13,064 bases of DNA from Candidatus Chlorohelix sp. (GTDB taxonomy: Bacteria > Chloroflexota > Chloroflexia > Chloroheliales > Chloroheliaceae): the NCBI RefSeq assembly GCF_037138995.1, contig NZ_JBAXHI010000063.1, positions 1-13,064 of the forward strand. Direction: 5' to 3'. A program made the position numbers and the translations under genes. Shown in pieces: positions 1 through 8,255 of the stretch. The notes beneath the pieces are model-generated. The model saw only the letters and a program-made list of their open reading frames with translations, searched no databases and had not been told where the DNA came from. Each line of letters opens with the position of its first letter. Positions within the stretch are counted from its first letter, which is position 1.

Positions 1-4
1 GGGA

Positions 5-32
5 CAAAAAAAGGGCTAGGGGGATTAGCCCT
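5..32 (-). terminator. Rho-independent terminator on the minus strand: 7-bp stem AGGGCTA/TAGCCCT (plus 12-18 with 26-32), 7-nt loop, then a T6-7 tract (plus A-run 6-12).
   Basis: Seen directly. Minus-strand reading is AGGGCTAATCCCCCTAGCCCTTTTTTTT. It lies 19 nt downstream of a minus-strand TAA at 51-53. Confidence 0.45.
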
Positions 33-50
33 AACCTTTTGGGATTGCCT

Positions 51-185
51 TTAGCTGGCGCTGGCTTGTTCGCTCAGCGCCTTGCTCAAATAAGCGGCAT
101 ATTGCTCATTTGTGATAGCGCCATAGCGGATAATTTGCCTGTTCTTTGCGGGGAAGTGGGAGGTTTTTGTTTGGGGTGGCGCATC
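51..185 (-). pseudogene. Possible 3' gene remnant: 44 in-frame codons (…NRQIIRYGAITNEQYAAYLSKALSEQASAS*) with no start codon, ending just upstream of the terminator.
   Basis: Open frame on the minus strand bounded upstream by an in-frame TAA. No ATG or RBS. The only support is the well-formed terminator immediately 3'. Function unrecognisable. Confidence 0.2.
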
Positions 186-360
186 TTATCGCAACCCAGA
201 GGTTGCTCCTACAAAGCCCGAACCCTGTACGAGCGACATCTGGGTCGCGATTTCTCGCCCTTTTATTTATTTGTTTACTTGATATTTACCATAATTTAAT
301 TAGATAATTTAATCAATTCGCTCTATAATATTTAAGGATTGTAAAATGTATGTGCTATAA

Positions 361-933
361 AGAGATTATAAAGGTTACAGTGGGCTAGAGTCTGAAAAGC
401 ATCAGTGGTGCTGGGCGCATTTAATTCGGGATTTCAGGCGAATGAGTGAGCGAGCAGGAGGAATATGGGGCGAAGAGGCTTTGGAGTTAAGTGGGTAGGT
501 ATTTGAGGAATGGCGGGAGTATCGCGAAAGTGAAGGGGAAATGAGCCTGGCGGAGTTGAAAGCAGCCTTGGGGTCAATTAGAGCTGACTTCAAACAACTC
601 TTAAAAGAAGGAGAAACGCACCCTGATAGGGCGGTAAAGAGTTTGAGCAAAGAGCTAAACAAAGCCGAGGCTAGTTTGTGGGTATTTAGTGAGGTGGTTG
701 GGGTGGAACCGACCAATAATGCCGCCGAGAGAGCTTTGCGACCTGCGGTAATTTGGCGAAAGACCTGTTTTGGGTCTCAGAGTGAAGGTGGGTTGCGGTT
801 TGTGGAGCGGATGTTGACGGTGGCAGCCTCCCTCAAGCAGCAAGGGCGAGATTTGATTGAATTTATAACTCAGGCTCTTCGGGCCAAATGGTTTGGTCTG
901 CCTGTTCCTAGTTTAGTCCAAGCTTGTGCCTAG
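361..933 (+). pseudogene. IS66-family transposase (TnpC-like), C-terminal ~190 aa only. 5'-truncated and interrupted by an in-frame TAG at 496-498.
   Basis: The translation contains …DYKGYSGLESEKHQWCWAHLIRDF… and …EPTNNAAERALRPAVIWRKTCFGSQSEGG…SLKQQGRDLIEFITQAL…, which match the conserved IS66 TnpC motifs GY.GY / CWAH.RR.F and DNN.AER.IRP..GRKN.LF.GS..GG…N..P..YL. The frame opens only at 361, directly after AT-rich non-coding DNA. The TAG at 496-498 splits the frame. The ORF track reports only the 541..933 piece. Confidence 0.6.
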
Positions 934-994
934 CAATAGCCCCGTGAACGGTTACTCCGAATATCTATCGGTTTATAAAACTTTACAAAATCAA

Positions 995-1822
995 TCAACC
1001 TTCATCTTCCTCAGTCGGGATAGTGGTGTCGTTGTCAATAACATTATCATTCGTAGTAGCAACTAGATTATCAGAGTCAGAAGTATCAGTAACGTGATTA
1101 ACTCCAGCTATAATCCAGCCTACACCCTTATTGGGAAAGTGATCCAACTGATTCTGCACTTGGCTGCCCACACTGGCATTGACCGAAGCGTCTAAGGGTC
1201 CTAAGTTCTCTAAATCATCAGTTCCCCCGAACTGTCTATCTATCTTATGGTCAAGTTGCTGATTTTTTTCTAGGGTTTCGTTTGTTTCTTTTTCGTACAA
1301 GGCTCTTAAATTGTTGTTACGTGGCAATTGCTCATTTATAGTCAGATTTTGACCATTTTCTATACTTTCATTATAGTAACCCACCTTTTTTTGAGCTTCG
1401 GCTTTTTGATAGTCCGTCCATGCCTGTTTGTCCTTTACGTTCAAAACAAAAGCGGCAAAGCTCTCTTCATTTTTTCTTAGGTTAGCTTTTTCTTTTTCTT
1501 CCTCTGTTGGTTCATCCATACTGAACACTACTTCGTCTCTATCGGCATCAGTTATTATGGTAGGGTTTGCTTTGTCCTGCTCTTCGGCTTGCCAAATTTG
1601 AAAGTTTGCCCGGATTTTATCCGGGTCTTCAAAAGTATTATTAATATTGTCCAAAATACGTTTCTGAAAAGCGGGATGAACACCTGCTTCTTCTAGGGAG
1701 GCAATAAATTTTTGCTTTAGTTGTGTACCTGTATTAGCATCTCCAGGGATTTGCAACTTTTCTTCTTCACTGAAGCAAGAATCATCTTTATCCTCATCCG
1801 ACTGTTCATAACGTTTCTTCAT
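995..1822 (-). CDS. Highly acidic hypothetical protein (~275 aa, D/E/N/Q-rich, no recognisable domain); last gene of the operon.
   Basis: Long ORF. The preferred start is the internal ATG at 1822 (MKKRYEQ…), which sits 3 nt after the TAA stop of the upstream gene (1825-1827) with GAGGA 5 nt upstream. The track's longer start at 1897 would overlap the upstream gene by 73 nt. Composition is strongly acidic. Function unknown. Confidence 0.6.
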   Translation of the reverse strand: MKKRYEQSDEDKDDSCFSEEEKLQIPGDANTGTQLKQKFIASLEEAGVHPAFQKRILDNINNTFEDPDKIRANFQIWQAEEQDKANPTIITDADRDEVVFSMDEPTEEEKEKANLRKNEESFAAFVLNVKDKQAWTDYQKAEAQKKVGYYNESIENGQNLTINEQLPRNNNLRALYEKETNETLEKNQQLDHKIDRQFGGTDDLENLGPLDASVNASVGSQVQNQLDHFPNKGVGWIIAGVNHVTDTSDSDNLVATTNDNVIDNDTTIPTEEDEG

Positions 1823-1824
1823 TT

Positions 1825-4800
1825 TTATCCTCTGAGTATGGCTGCTATTAACATAAATATACCAAGTACCAGATCCAGTGGTAGGGTAATACACCAAAGC
1901 AAAAGTATCCCTATACCCAAGAAAAACGAAGCCAGGATTGAACGTGGTATAACTTCAAATGCGATTGGTACTGTCATAGGTGGCTGTCCACTGAGTTGTA
2001 TCTGTATCGGAATAATCTGATGACCAGGCGGGCGCAGTGATCTTACATACCCGCTAGTGATAAAAACTCTTTCCCAGATAGTGGTTTGTAGTGAAAAAGA
2101 ATAATTTAAAGTTTGACCACCAAAAGAGGCAGTTGGAGCTAAGATGGTGCTAAAAGAAAAGCCTTCCTGCCCAGGATTTTGTACCGTAACAGTGGTGTAA
2201 CCACCCTGCCCATTACCGTCGCGGCCCATATTTAAAAGTGTTAAAGTTCCGGTGATTATATCGCCTGTGCGTATTGTTGACTGATAATTCAACTTTGCCT
2301 GAATAGACGAAGTTGGTAAATTCGTGTCGCAGTTGCGCAGAAATATCTCTACCACTTCATTTTGATAAAGCTTATTCATATGGGCATCACTACCAATATA
2401 CTGATTCTGCTGCAAGGATTTTGAGGACATTATAGCTTGCTGTTTCAGACGTTCGTTGCGTAATCCGTACTCAAACCATCGAGCAAGTTCACCAGAGGAA
2501 AGATGATGGGGAATCTCGTTCCAATGGCAACGATCTACCGCTGCGATAAAATCTCCCAGTGTCGAGGCTTGTTCGGGTGGGGCAGTAAACTCAAATGGCG
2601 CTCTGGCTTTGATGTTGTATTGCTGTGGTAAACTGGCGACCTCCGGCAGTGGTGTGGCAGGTGGCGGAGTGCTGGTAGGTAATTGCTTATTATAATCGGC
2701 ACGTAGCGCAGGATCCAGCAAAATTCTTTCGGCTTCCTGTAAATACGCCAGCTTACGATTTGCATCATCCTGATCCTCTGGAAAGGGGGAGGTTTGTTGC
2801 TCTTGAAGCTGTTGGCGGGTATGTGCAATGCGTTGGCGAATGAAGTGTTCGCTGGCATCACGTTCTGCCTCGATAAGTTCATAGTAGTTACAAGCCGGAT
2901 TAGATGTAGCTGAGAGTGGCTGCGCTATTGCTTCTGGTGGTGTTTCTACACCAACTATAGAGGCGCGGATAGAGTCTCCATTCTTTCTGATTTTATCTTG
3001 CAGCTCTGTGCGAACATTCGCCAAATTTTTGCTACAATATTCTTCTATCATCTTTTGCGCTTCTTGTGTTTCAGGATCTATATAACTAAAATTGGTTATT
3101 GACCTCCATTCGTCAGGGGGGTTGTTTTTATATAACTTATCCCTAAGCTTATTGGAAGCTGCCAACCCGATTCCCTTGATTATTCCCAATGTTAAATAGC
3201 AAACTATGACCGCCACTAACGAGAAAGCACCTGGAGAATAAGTATAATAAGAATAATGGGGGTGTACAGCTGTATTAAGAGATGCGGTTGCTACCCCAAC
3301 CACTATCATAGGAAACAAAAAGCCTAGCCATGTTGGAATTGCCAGAGTAGCCATGTTTCCTATGCTGAAAAGCGTATATGCAAGCAATCCAAAGAGTAAA
3401 CTACCGGGTATTTCGAGCCATTTATAATTTACCATGTCAAAAATCGCAGCGCTTACACCAACAATGACTGCTAAGACCATGCCTATTACCAAGTTAGCCC
3501 AGCCAAAAGTTAATCCCCAGCGTTTTATGGCGTAGTTAGGGCTATATTTTTCCGGTACTATTTGAACCGAAATTGAAAAGGGATAATTACCAGAAGGTGT
3601 TTCCAACAAAAGTTTGAAATCATTGTAGCGGCTGTTATAGCTCAACTTTGAGCTATCTATTTCAATCATCAAAACAGTATCGCCCTCAATAGCAATACTA
3701 TCCAAACCTCGTACCGAACCGTCTGCATAGCCTAAACGAACTGGACGTTGCGTATTGGTACTCCGAAGAGTACCGTAGAAATAACCACGTCCCTGCCGAG
3801 CAATTTTCAGCAAGCGGTAAAATGGTTGGCGTGTGCGATCTAATGGGCCTAAATTCAGCGCTCCAGTCGGTTGAAACTCTCCTTCTAATCCCATAGCCAA
3901 TAATGGTTGGGGATGAGGTAACATTGGATTAAGCACATGAATAACTTGCTCCAATAATATCCGGCTACTGGAACGGGAATTTCGAATGAGGTCAGCCACG
4001 TTGCGGGCTATGATTCCATCTACCTGTTGCAGCCACTCTACTAGGATACTACCTCCTGGGCTTCGCAAGAGATAAACGGCTTCTTGTGCAGTGCTATCTG
4101 CCAAAACCGAAATTTCTTGAGCGGATGAAGCATAGCGACCTGATCCTAGAACTAGAAGAGGCTTACAATTGAGAGTACGGAGTGGTGCATGCTCCATTAC
4201 TAGCCACCAATAAAAACGGTGAAGGGTAAAACTCCAGTCATTATTGCACTGCCCGACGATTTCTAGGAAACGCTTGCGTGCTATTGCATCTGCTACCCCA
4301 TAACGTAGCCACCCATCCATGTTACCATTACTGCACGCCTGTAAAGCATCTTCCCAACTTTCGGGAGCCATTTGCACCAAATCTACTAGGTCAGCGGCAC
4401 TGTGTATGCCAAGTTGCAAATTACCTATACTGGCTTTAGCCAACGTTTGATTGTATTGTTCGCGTTGTTTAGGGTCTAACAGTTTTGGCAACAACTGATC
4501 CAAAAAACGAATCTTTTCCCTAGCACGTTGCGCAGTCAGGGCATCCACACTTTCGGCAGTTTGGTTTAGAGTTGCGTAAATGCGGCTGTAAGCAGTTTTT
4601 ATTTCTTCTGCACTGGCAGAAGGATTCACACTTAGAATCTCGTAGTAATTACGGGCATGCTCCATCTGGTCGAGTAGCTTGCGCCCGTCTATGTGCTGGA
4701 AGTTATCACCATAACGATGCACGGCTTGCCCGACCCCGGTTTCATGTAAACCGCCTAAGCCGGACTGGTTAAGACCGCCCAAATAACCTTGCCCATTGGA

Positions 4801-4833
4801 AGGTTCCTCAGGTAGCGGATAGGTTGTATTCAT
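1825..4833 (-). CDS. Large polytopic membrane protein (1002 aa) with two J-domain-like modules lacking HPD, a central ~4-helix TM bundle and a C-terminal TM hairpin.
   Basis: J-like module 1 is aa ~60-131 (nt ~4441-4656): NYYEILSVNPSASAEEIKTAYSRIYATL…AREKIRFLDQLLPKLLDPKQREQYNQTL. J-like module 2 is aa ~648-718 (nt ~2680-2892): NYYELIEAERDASEHFIRQRIAHT…ANRKLAYLQEAERILLDPALRADYNKQL. Both follow the J-domain helix I-II and helix III patterns (YYEILGV…EIKKAY… / …AYEVLSDP.KRA.YD), but neither has HPD. Hydrophobic segments lie at aa ~438-558 (nt ~3160-3522) and aa ~966-1000 (nt ~1833-1936). A P/T-rich linker is at aa ~719-735. SD GGAGAGGAAG ~10 nt upstream of the ATG. Confidence 0.8.
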   Translation of the reverse strand: MNTTYPLPEEPSNGQGYLGGLNQSGLGGLHETGVGQAVHRYGDNFQHIDGRKLLDQMEHARNYYEILSVNPSASAEEIKTAYSRIYATLNQTAESVDALTAQRAREKIRFLDQLLPKLLDPKQREQYNQTLAKASIGNLQLGIHSAADLVDLVQMAPESWEDALQACSNGNMDGWLRYGVADAIARKRFLEIVGQCNNDWSFTLHRFYWWLVMEHAPLRTLNCKPLLVLGSGRYASSAQEISVLADSTAQEAVYLLRSPGGSILVEWLQQVDGIIARNVADLIRNSRSSSRILLEQVIHVLNPMLPHPQPLLAMGLEGEFQPTGALNLGPLDRTRQPFYRLLKIARQGRGYFYGTLRSTNTQRPVRLGYADGSVRGLDSIAIEGDTVLMIEIDSSKLSYNSRYNDFKLLLETPSGNYPFSISVQIVPEKYSPNYAIKRWGLTFGWANLVIGMVLAVIVGVSAAIFDMVNYKWLEIPGSLLFGLLAYTLFSIGNMATLAIPTWLGFLFPMIVVGVATASLNTAVHPHYSYYTYSPGAFSLVAVIVCYLTLGIIKGIGLAASNKLRDKLYKNNPPDEWRSITNFSYIDPETQEAQKMIEEYCSKNLANVRTELQDKIRKNGDSIRASIVGVETPPEAIAQPLSATSNPACNYYELIEAERDASEHFIRQRIAHTRQQLQEQQTSPFPEDQDDANRKLAYLQEAERILLDPALRADYNKQLPTSTPPPATPLPEVASLPQQYNIKARAPFEFTAPPEQASTLGDFIAAVDRCHWNEIPHHLSSGELARWFEYGLRNERLKQQAIMSSKSLQQNQYIGSDAHMNKLYQNEVVEIFLRNCDTNLPTSSIQAKLNYQSTIRTGDIITGTLTLLNMGRDGNGQGGYTTVTVQNPGQEGFSFSTILAPTASFGGQTLNYSFSLQTTIWERVFITSGYVRSLRPPGHQIIPIQIQLSGQPPMTVPIAFEVIPRSILASFFLGIGILLLWCITLPLDLVLGIFMLIAAILRG

Positions 4834-4861
4834 TTATGAAAGGCTTCCTCTCCAAAAATAA

Positions 4862-5173
4862 CTATGAATCCCAGCCCATTTGTTTTCTGATATGCTGGTG
4901 ATACGCTTCCAAAGAACCATACTCCTTGTTTATACGGCGCGTATTTTCCTCTATCGCGTCTAATTCTTTATTCCAGGCTGAACCCCAGCCCTCATCAAAG
5001 CGGGGTATAGGGTGTTCTGATGGGTCGAAGCCAGAGTCGTCCCAATCTCCCTTCGGTGACACACCATAATCGTTCGAGGGTTCAGGATCCGTTTCCAACT
5101 TCTCGTCTTCTGTTATTTCCTGCTCTAACGGTTGGTCTGAAATCTGGTCGTCTTGATCTTCCTGCAAATCCAT
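4862..5173 (-). CDS. Small, highly acidic hypothetical protein (103 aa).
   Basis: ORF with a strong SD (AAGGAGAG, plus 5178-5185) 4 nt upstream of the ATG. It sits 18 nt after the upstream ATPase gene and 28 nt before the next gene. Strongly D/E-rich. No recognisable domain. Confidence 0.6.
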   Translation of the reverse strand: MDLQEDQDDQISDQPLEQEITEDEKLETDPEPSNDYGVSPKGDWDDSGFDPSEHPIPRFDEGWGSAWNKELDAIEENTRRINKEYGSLEAYHQHIRKQMGWDS

Positions 5174-5191
5174 AGAACTCTCCTTTTACAA

Positions 5192-8100
5192 TTATTTGGG
5201 AGCTGAAGACTCTTTCTGAGTACTAAATTCCACCATCAAGATTTCGAAAGCACGCGCGTGATAGTCTGACAATAACGTTTTTACTTTTAAAGCATCTTGC
5301 GGGTTGTCTTCCAAGTAAAGCGCACCCATATAAGCTTGAGCGCAATAGCTACTATTCAATTGGAGCATACTAGATGGTTCGGTCAAGTTATAACCCATCT
5401 GTGCAGTTACTCGTTTGATAGCTTTCCCATACTCAGGCCAAACTGAGCTAGGCAAACCGTCCGGTTGGGTGCTTTTAACAGCTTTTGCAAAAGCGATCAT
5501 AAACTCCTGACGGGCAAATTTTGGCAAAGATTTGATCAAAGCCTGAAAAAGACAGTGTCTGGAAGCATTCCAAACGGAACAATGCGTGCAGGTTGGATAA
5601 GGCGCAACCCCCGATTTACCGGGTGTGGTTTTGGGTTGGGGTGCTGCTGGAACAAAAGGTAGGTAACTGCCAAAACTGTGGTCGGGTAGCTTCGTGGCTG
5701 TCAAGCTACGAATACCTGAGTCATCAATAATTGCCAATTTGTTCAAATCATCTATAAGATTGGGCACACCTAGATGAACCGGTCCGAAGGCGCTACCCAC
5801 CAGCAAATGTCCGGTTTGAAGGTTACGAGCATAATCAGTTTGACGTTCATCCAGATTGAGCAACTGACTGTACAATTGGAAACTGTCGGGGTCCTCCAAC
5901 CGATGCATCAATTTCAAATTGCTATTGCCAATAGCTCCTTGAATAAGATTTACCGGCATCTGTTCGGCTATGATAATGCCTTCGCCAAAGCCCCGTACTT
6001 CTGCCAATAGGTTACTGAAGTCTTCACCCGCTGCTCCTTGGGGACTAGCATGGTCCTGGTTAGCCTGGTTATGCCGAGCCATTACCCGGTGCGCTTCTTC
6101 AACTAACGTTACATGCAACTGTTCAGGACGATGGTGTTCAATATACTCGCTGACCAGAACTAGCAGCATACCCATAATCAAGGCTGTATCCTGAGGGGAA
6201 CCAACCCGTCCTATTTCCATTATCACCGGACGTTTCATCATATCTCCGATCTCTATCGAAGACCGTTCCACATTAACCACGCTCCCGGCAGTAGCTATCA
6301 GATCGCGTATGCGAATTTCCGTGGCTTGCTCAATACTGCTCTGGGTTTCTTTGCCGTATTGAAGAGAAGCAGTTTCATTTTGTAAAGCAGCGTAAAACTC
6401 CGTAAAGTTCGGGGCAGGTGGGCTGTCCGGACCTCCCTTGCCTGTTTCAATATTCCAGCCCTTGTTCTCGTAACACTTGCGTAGCGCTGCCCGGTAAATG
6501 GCAGGAAGTGGGTCCCACATTGTAAAAGCGGCATTAAAGCAGCGCATCAGACGACTAATATGCTGTTTCAATAAGACCTTGTCTCCTACTGCAAAGGGAT
6601 TGAAGCGGAATGGTGCAGTAGTTTCATCTCCCAAGGTAAAAACCAATAGATCGAGACAAATAGGTCGACGTTGCACCTCATTCCCAAAATAAAATGCAAA
6701 CTGCTCATTACTCAAGCCATCCAGATTAGCTAGGCTGCGGTAATCCGGTTTGTCAATTGGATAAATCACCAAGAAGGGAATACGATATTTAAGCCAGAGT
6801 TGGGATAGCAGATAAAGACAGGTATTGGTTTTGCCGCTGCCGGTTGTGCCAGAAATCAGAGTGTGGCGAGCAAACTGACTCCAGGGCAGTCCAAAATCTT
6901 CGCCTGTGGACTGACCACGGTGAATAATGTTGCCCAATTTTACACTGTTTTCAATGAGAGAAGACCCCTCTTGCTTTGTCTGTTCATAGCGTGGGGCTAC
7001 AAACGGCTCATCTTTCACTACTACACCAGCCATAAACCCGCTGGCAGGTGGAACAGGTAGCCGAAAAGCGCCGCAGGCTTCTGTGGCAGTAACAATGTAG
7101 CGCAACCGCTCCAGACCAGGCGCTGAAAGGGTAGCCCCCCAAGGGTACTGTTCAAGATAGCGCAAGTTATTGAGTGCAATAGCATGATCGTTGGTTTTTA
7201 CCGGGTCGAACAACTGCCACTGGGTGGGGTAGTCATTTACAGTATTGTTCATACACTCGGAACCGAGTGCTTCCGCTACCGCAGCAGGTGCGCTTTTTTC
7301 ACCGGCAATTTGGATTTTCAGCAAGAAAGTATGGTTTTGTTCTTTTACTAGTTGCGTGTAAACCCAACGTCCTACCCTAGAGCGAAAGACCAGATAAGCG
7401 TTATCGGTGGTAGCTCTTATTCTGTCTTCTCGCTCTAGCACCCTTGTCATGTCATCAAAACGCTGGGCTGCGCCGTTGAGATAAAGGATTTCATCGGCGT
7501 AGAGTGAGGTAGGACGCAAACAAATACTTACCACAGTTCGCTCTTTTTGAGTCGCAAGAGCTTCAAAAAATCGGCTCATCGCACTGAAATCCAGCGATGG
7601 AACCAAAGGATGAACAATGTAATCACCCACCTCCTCCCGCCGTCCTAACCCCATAGCGCTGGTGCGAATCGGTAAGTCCTCAAACTTGCGAATTTCCAAC
7701 AATGTTCCTGGCTCTTTGAGGGCTGCGTACCAGTTAGCGTCCCCAAAAATTTCAAGAAAAGAAGCTTTGTCTGTCAGGGGTTTGAGAGGATAATTAAAAG
7801 GATCCTCAAGAGGGAAATTAGCAGAAAATTTAGCCCACAAGCGCAAAGAGACATCTCTAGCAGTCTTATAATCCGGGTCAAAAACTTTACAAACAAAGGC
7901 TATCCGTATTTTCCCCAGTTTGCCGGGAATAGTACTCGGTTGTTGGATAAAACGTAACTCGTAAGTAGCTTGTTTCTCGCGAAAGGTGGAAATATCATAG
8001 ATGAAACGAATTTGCCGTTTTACAACTTTTCCAATTCTGGAGTCGGCAAAGTCGTTACCACGAAAGCTAGGAATAAAAGGAACTTCGGCTGCCCAAAAAA

Positions 8101-8206
8101 TATGCCAGCCATCAAAGGGTTGGTGTTGTACTCCTTTTTTATCGGCATAACCTGTTTCTATATAGGCAGCTTGTTTTACTTCGTATAGGTAAGGTGTGCT
8201 GAGCAT
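5192..8206 (-). CDS. HerA/FtsK-superfamily P-loop ATPase (1004 aa) with a ~450-aa N-terminal domain of unknown function and a C-terminal Cys/His cluster.
   Basis: Walker A TLISGTTGSGKTNT at aa 450-462 (nt 6827-6850 encode SGTTGSGK). Walker B HVTLVEEAHRV at aa 698-708 is the hhhhEEAH form typical of HerA/DUF87-type ATPases. A sensor-like IIIAEQMPVNL…NSNLKLMHRL follows. A single P-loop domain spans aa ~430-830. No N-terminal TM segments. C-terminal CTHC-x7-HC at aa 873-885 could bind zinc. Confidence 0.8.
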   Translation of the reverse strand: MLSTPYLYEVKQAAYIETGYADKKGVQHQPFDGWHIFWAAEVPFIPSFRGNDFADSRIGKVVKRQIRFIYDISTFREKQATYELRFIQQPSTIPGKLGKIRIAFVCKVFDPDYKTARDVSLRLWAKFSANFPLEDPFNYPLKPLTDKASFLEIFGDANWYAALKEPGTLLEIRKFEDLPIRTSAMGLGRREEVGDYIVHPLVPSLDFSAMSRFFEALATQKERTVVSICLRPTSLYADEILYLNGAAQRFDDMTRVLEREDRIRATTDNAYLVFRSRVGRWVYTQLVKEQNHTFLLKIQIAGEKSAPAAVAEALGSECMNNTVNDYPTQWQLFDPVKTNDHAIALNNLRYLEQYPWGATLSAPGLERLRYIVTATEACGAFRLPVPPASGFMAGVVVKDEPFVAPRYEQTKQEGSSLIENSVKLGNIIHRGQSTGEDFGLPWSQFARHTLISGTTGSGKTNTCLYLLSQLWLKYRIPFLVIYPIDKPDYRSLANLDGLSNEQFAFYFGNEVQRRPICLDLLVFTLGDETTAPFRFNPFAVGDKVLLKQHISRLMRCFNAAFTMWDPLPAIYRAALRKCYENKGWNIETGKGGPDSPPAPNFTEFYAALQNETASLQYGKETQSSIEQATEIRIRDLIATAGSVVNVERSSIEIGDMMKRPVIMEIGRVGSPQDTALIMGMLLVLVSEYIEHHRPEQLHVTLVEEAHRVMARHNQANQDHASPQGAAGEDFSNLLAEVRGFGEGIIIAEQMPVNLIQGAIGNSNLKLMHRLEDPDSFQLYSQLLNLDERQTDYARNLQTGHLLVGSAFGPVHLGVPNLIDDLNKLAIIDDSGIRSLTATKLPDHSFGSYLPFVPAAPQPKTTPGKSGVAPYPTCTHCSVWNASRHCLFQALIKSLPKFARQEFMIAFAKAVKSTQPDGLPSSVWPEYGKAIKRVTAQMGYNLTEPSSMLQLNSSYCAQAYMGALYLEDNPQDALKVKTLLSDYHARAFEILMVEFSTQKESSAPK

Positions 8207-8255
8207 CTCTTTTATTCCGCCTACTATGTAATAGTTTTGATTAGCCGCATTTGTA

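Noticed and set aside
39-843. ORFs 39-299 (+), 402-716 (-) and 655-843 (-).
   Set aside because: 39-299 has no recognisable content and overlaps the terminator and remnant region. The other two are antisense to the IS66 transposase remnant, whose sense-strand motifs are unambiguous.
5192-8206. Reading the 1004-aa ATPase as FtsK/SpoIIIE, T4SS VirB4/VirD4 or a type VII EccC-like ATPase.
   Set aside because: It has a single P-loop domain, no N-terminal TM helices and an EEAH-type Walker B, which fits the HerA/DUF87 branch better. By-eye analysis cannot exclude a T4SS-like origin.
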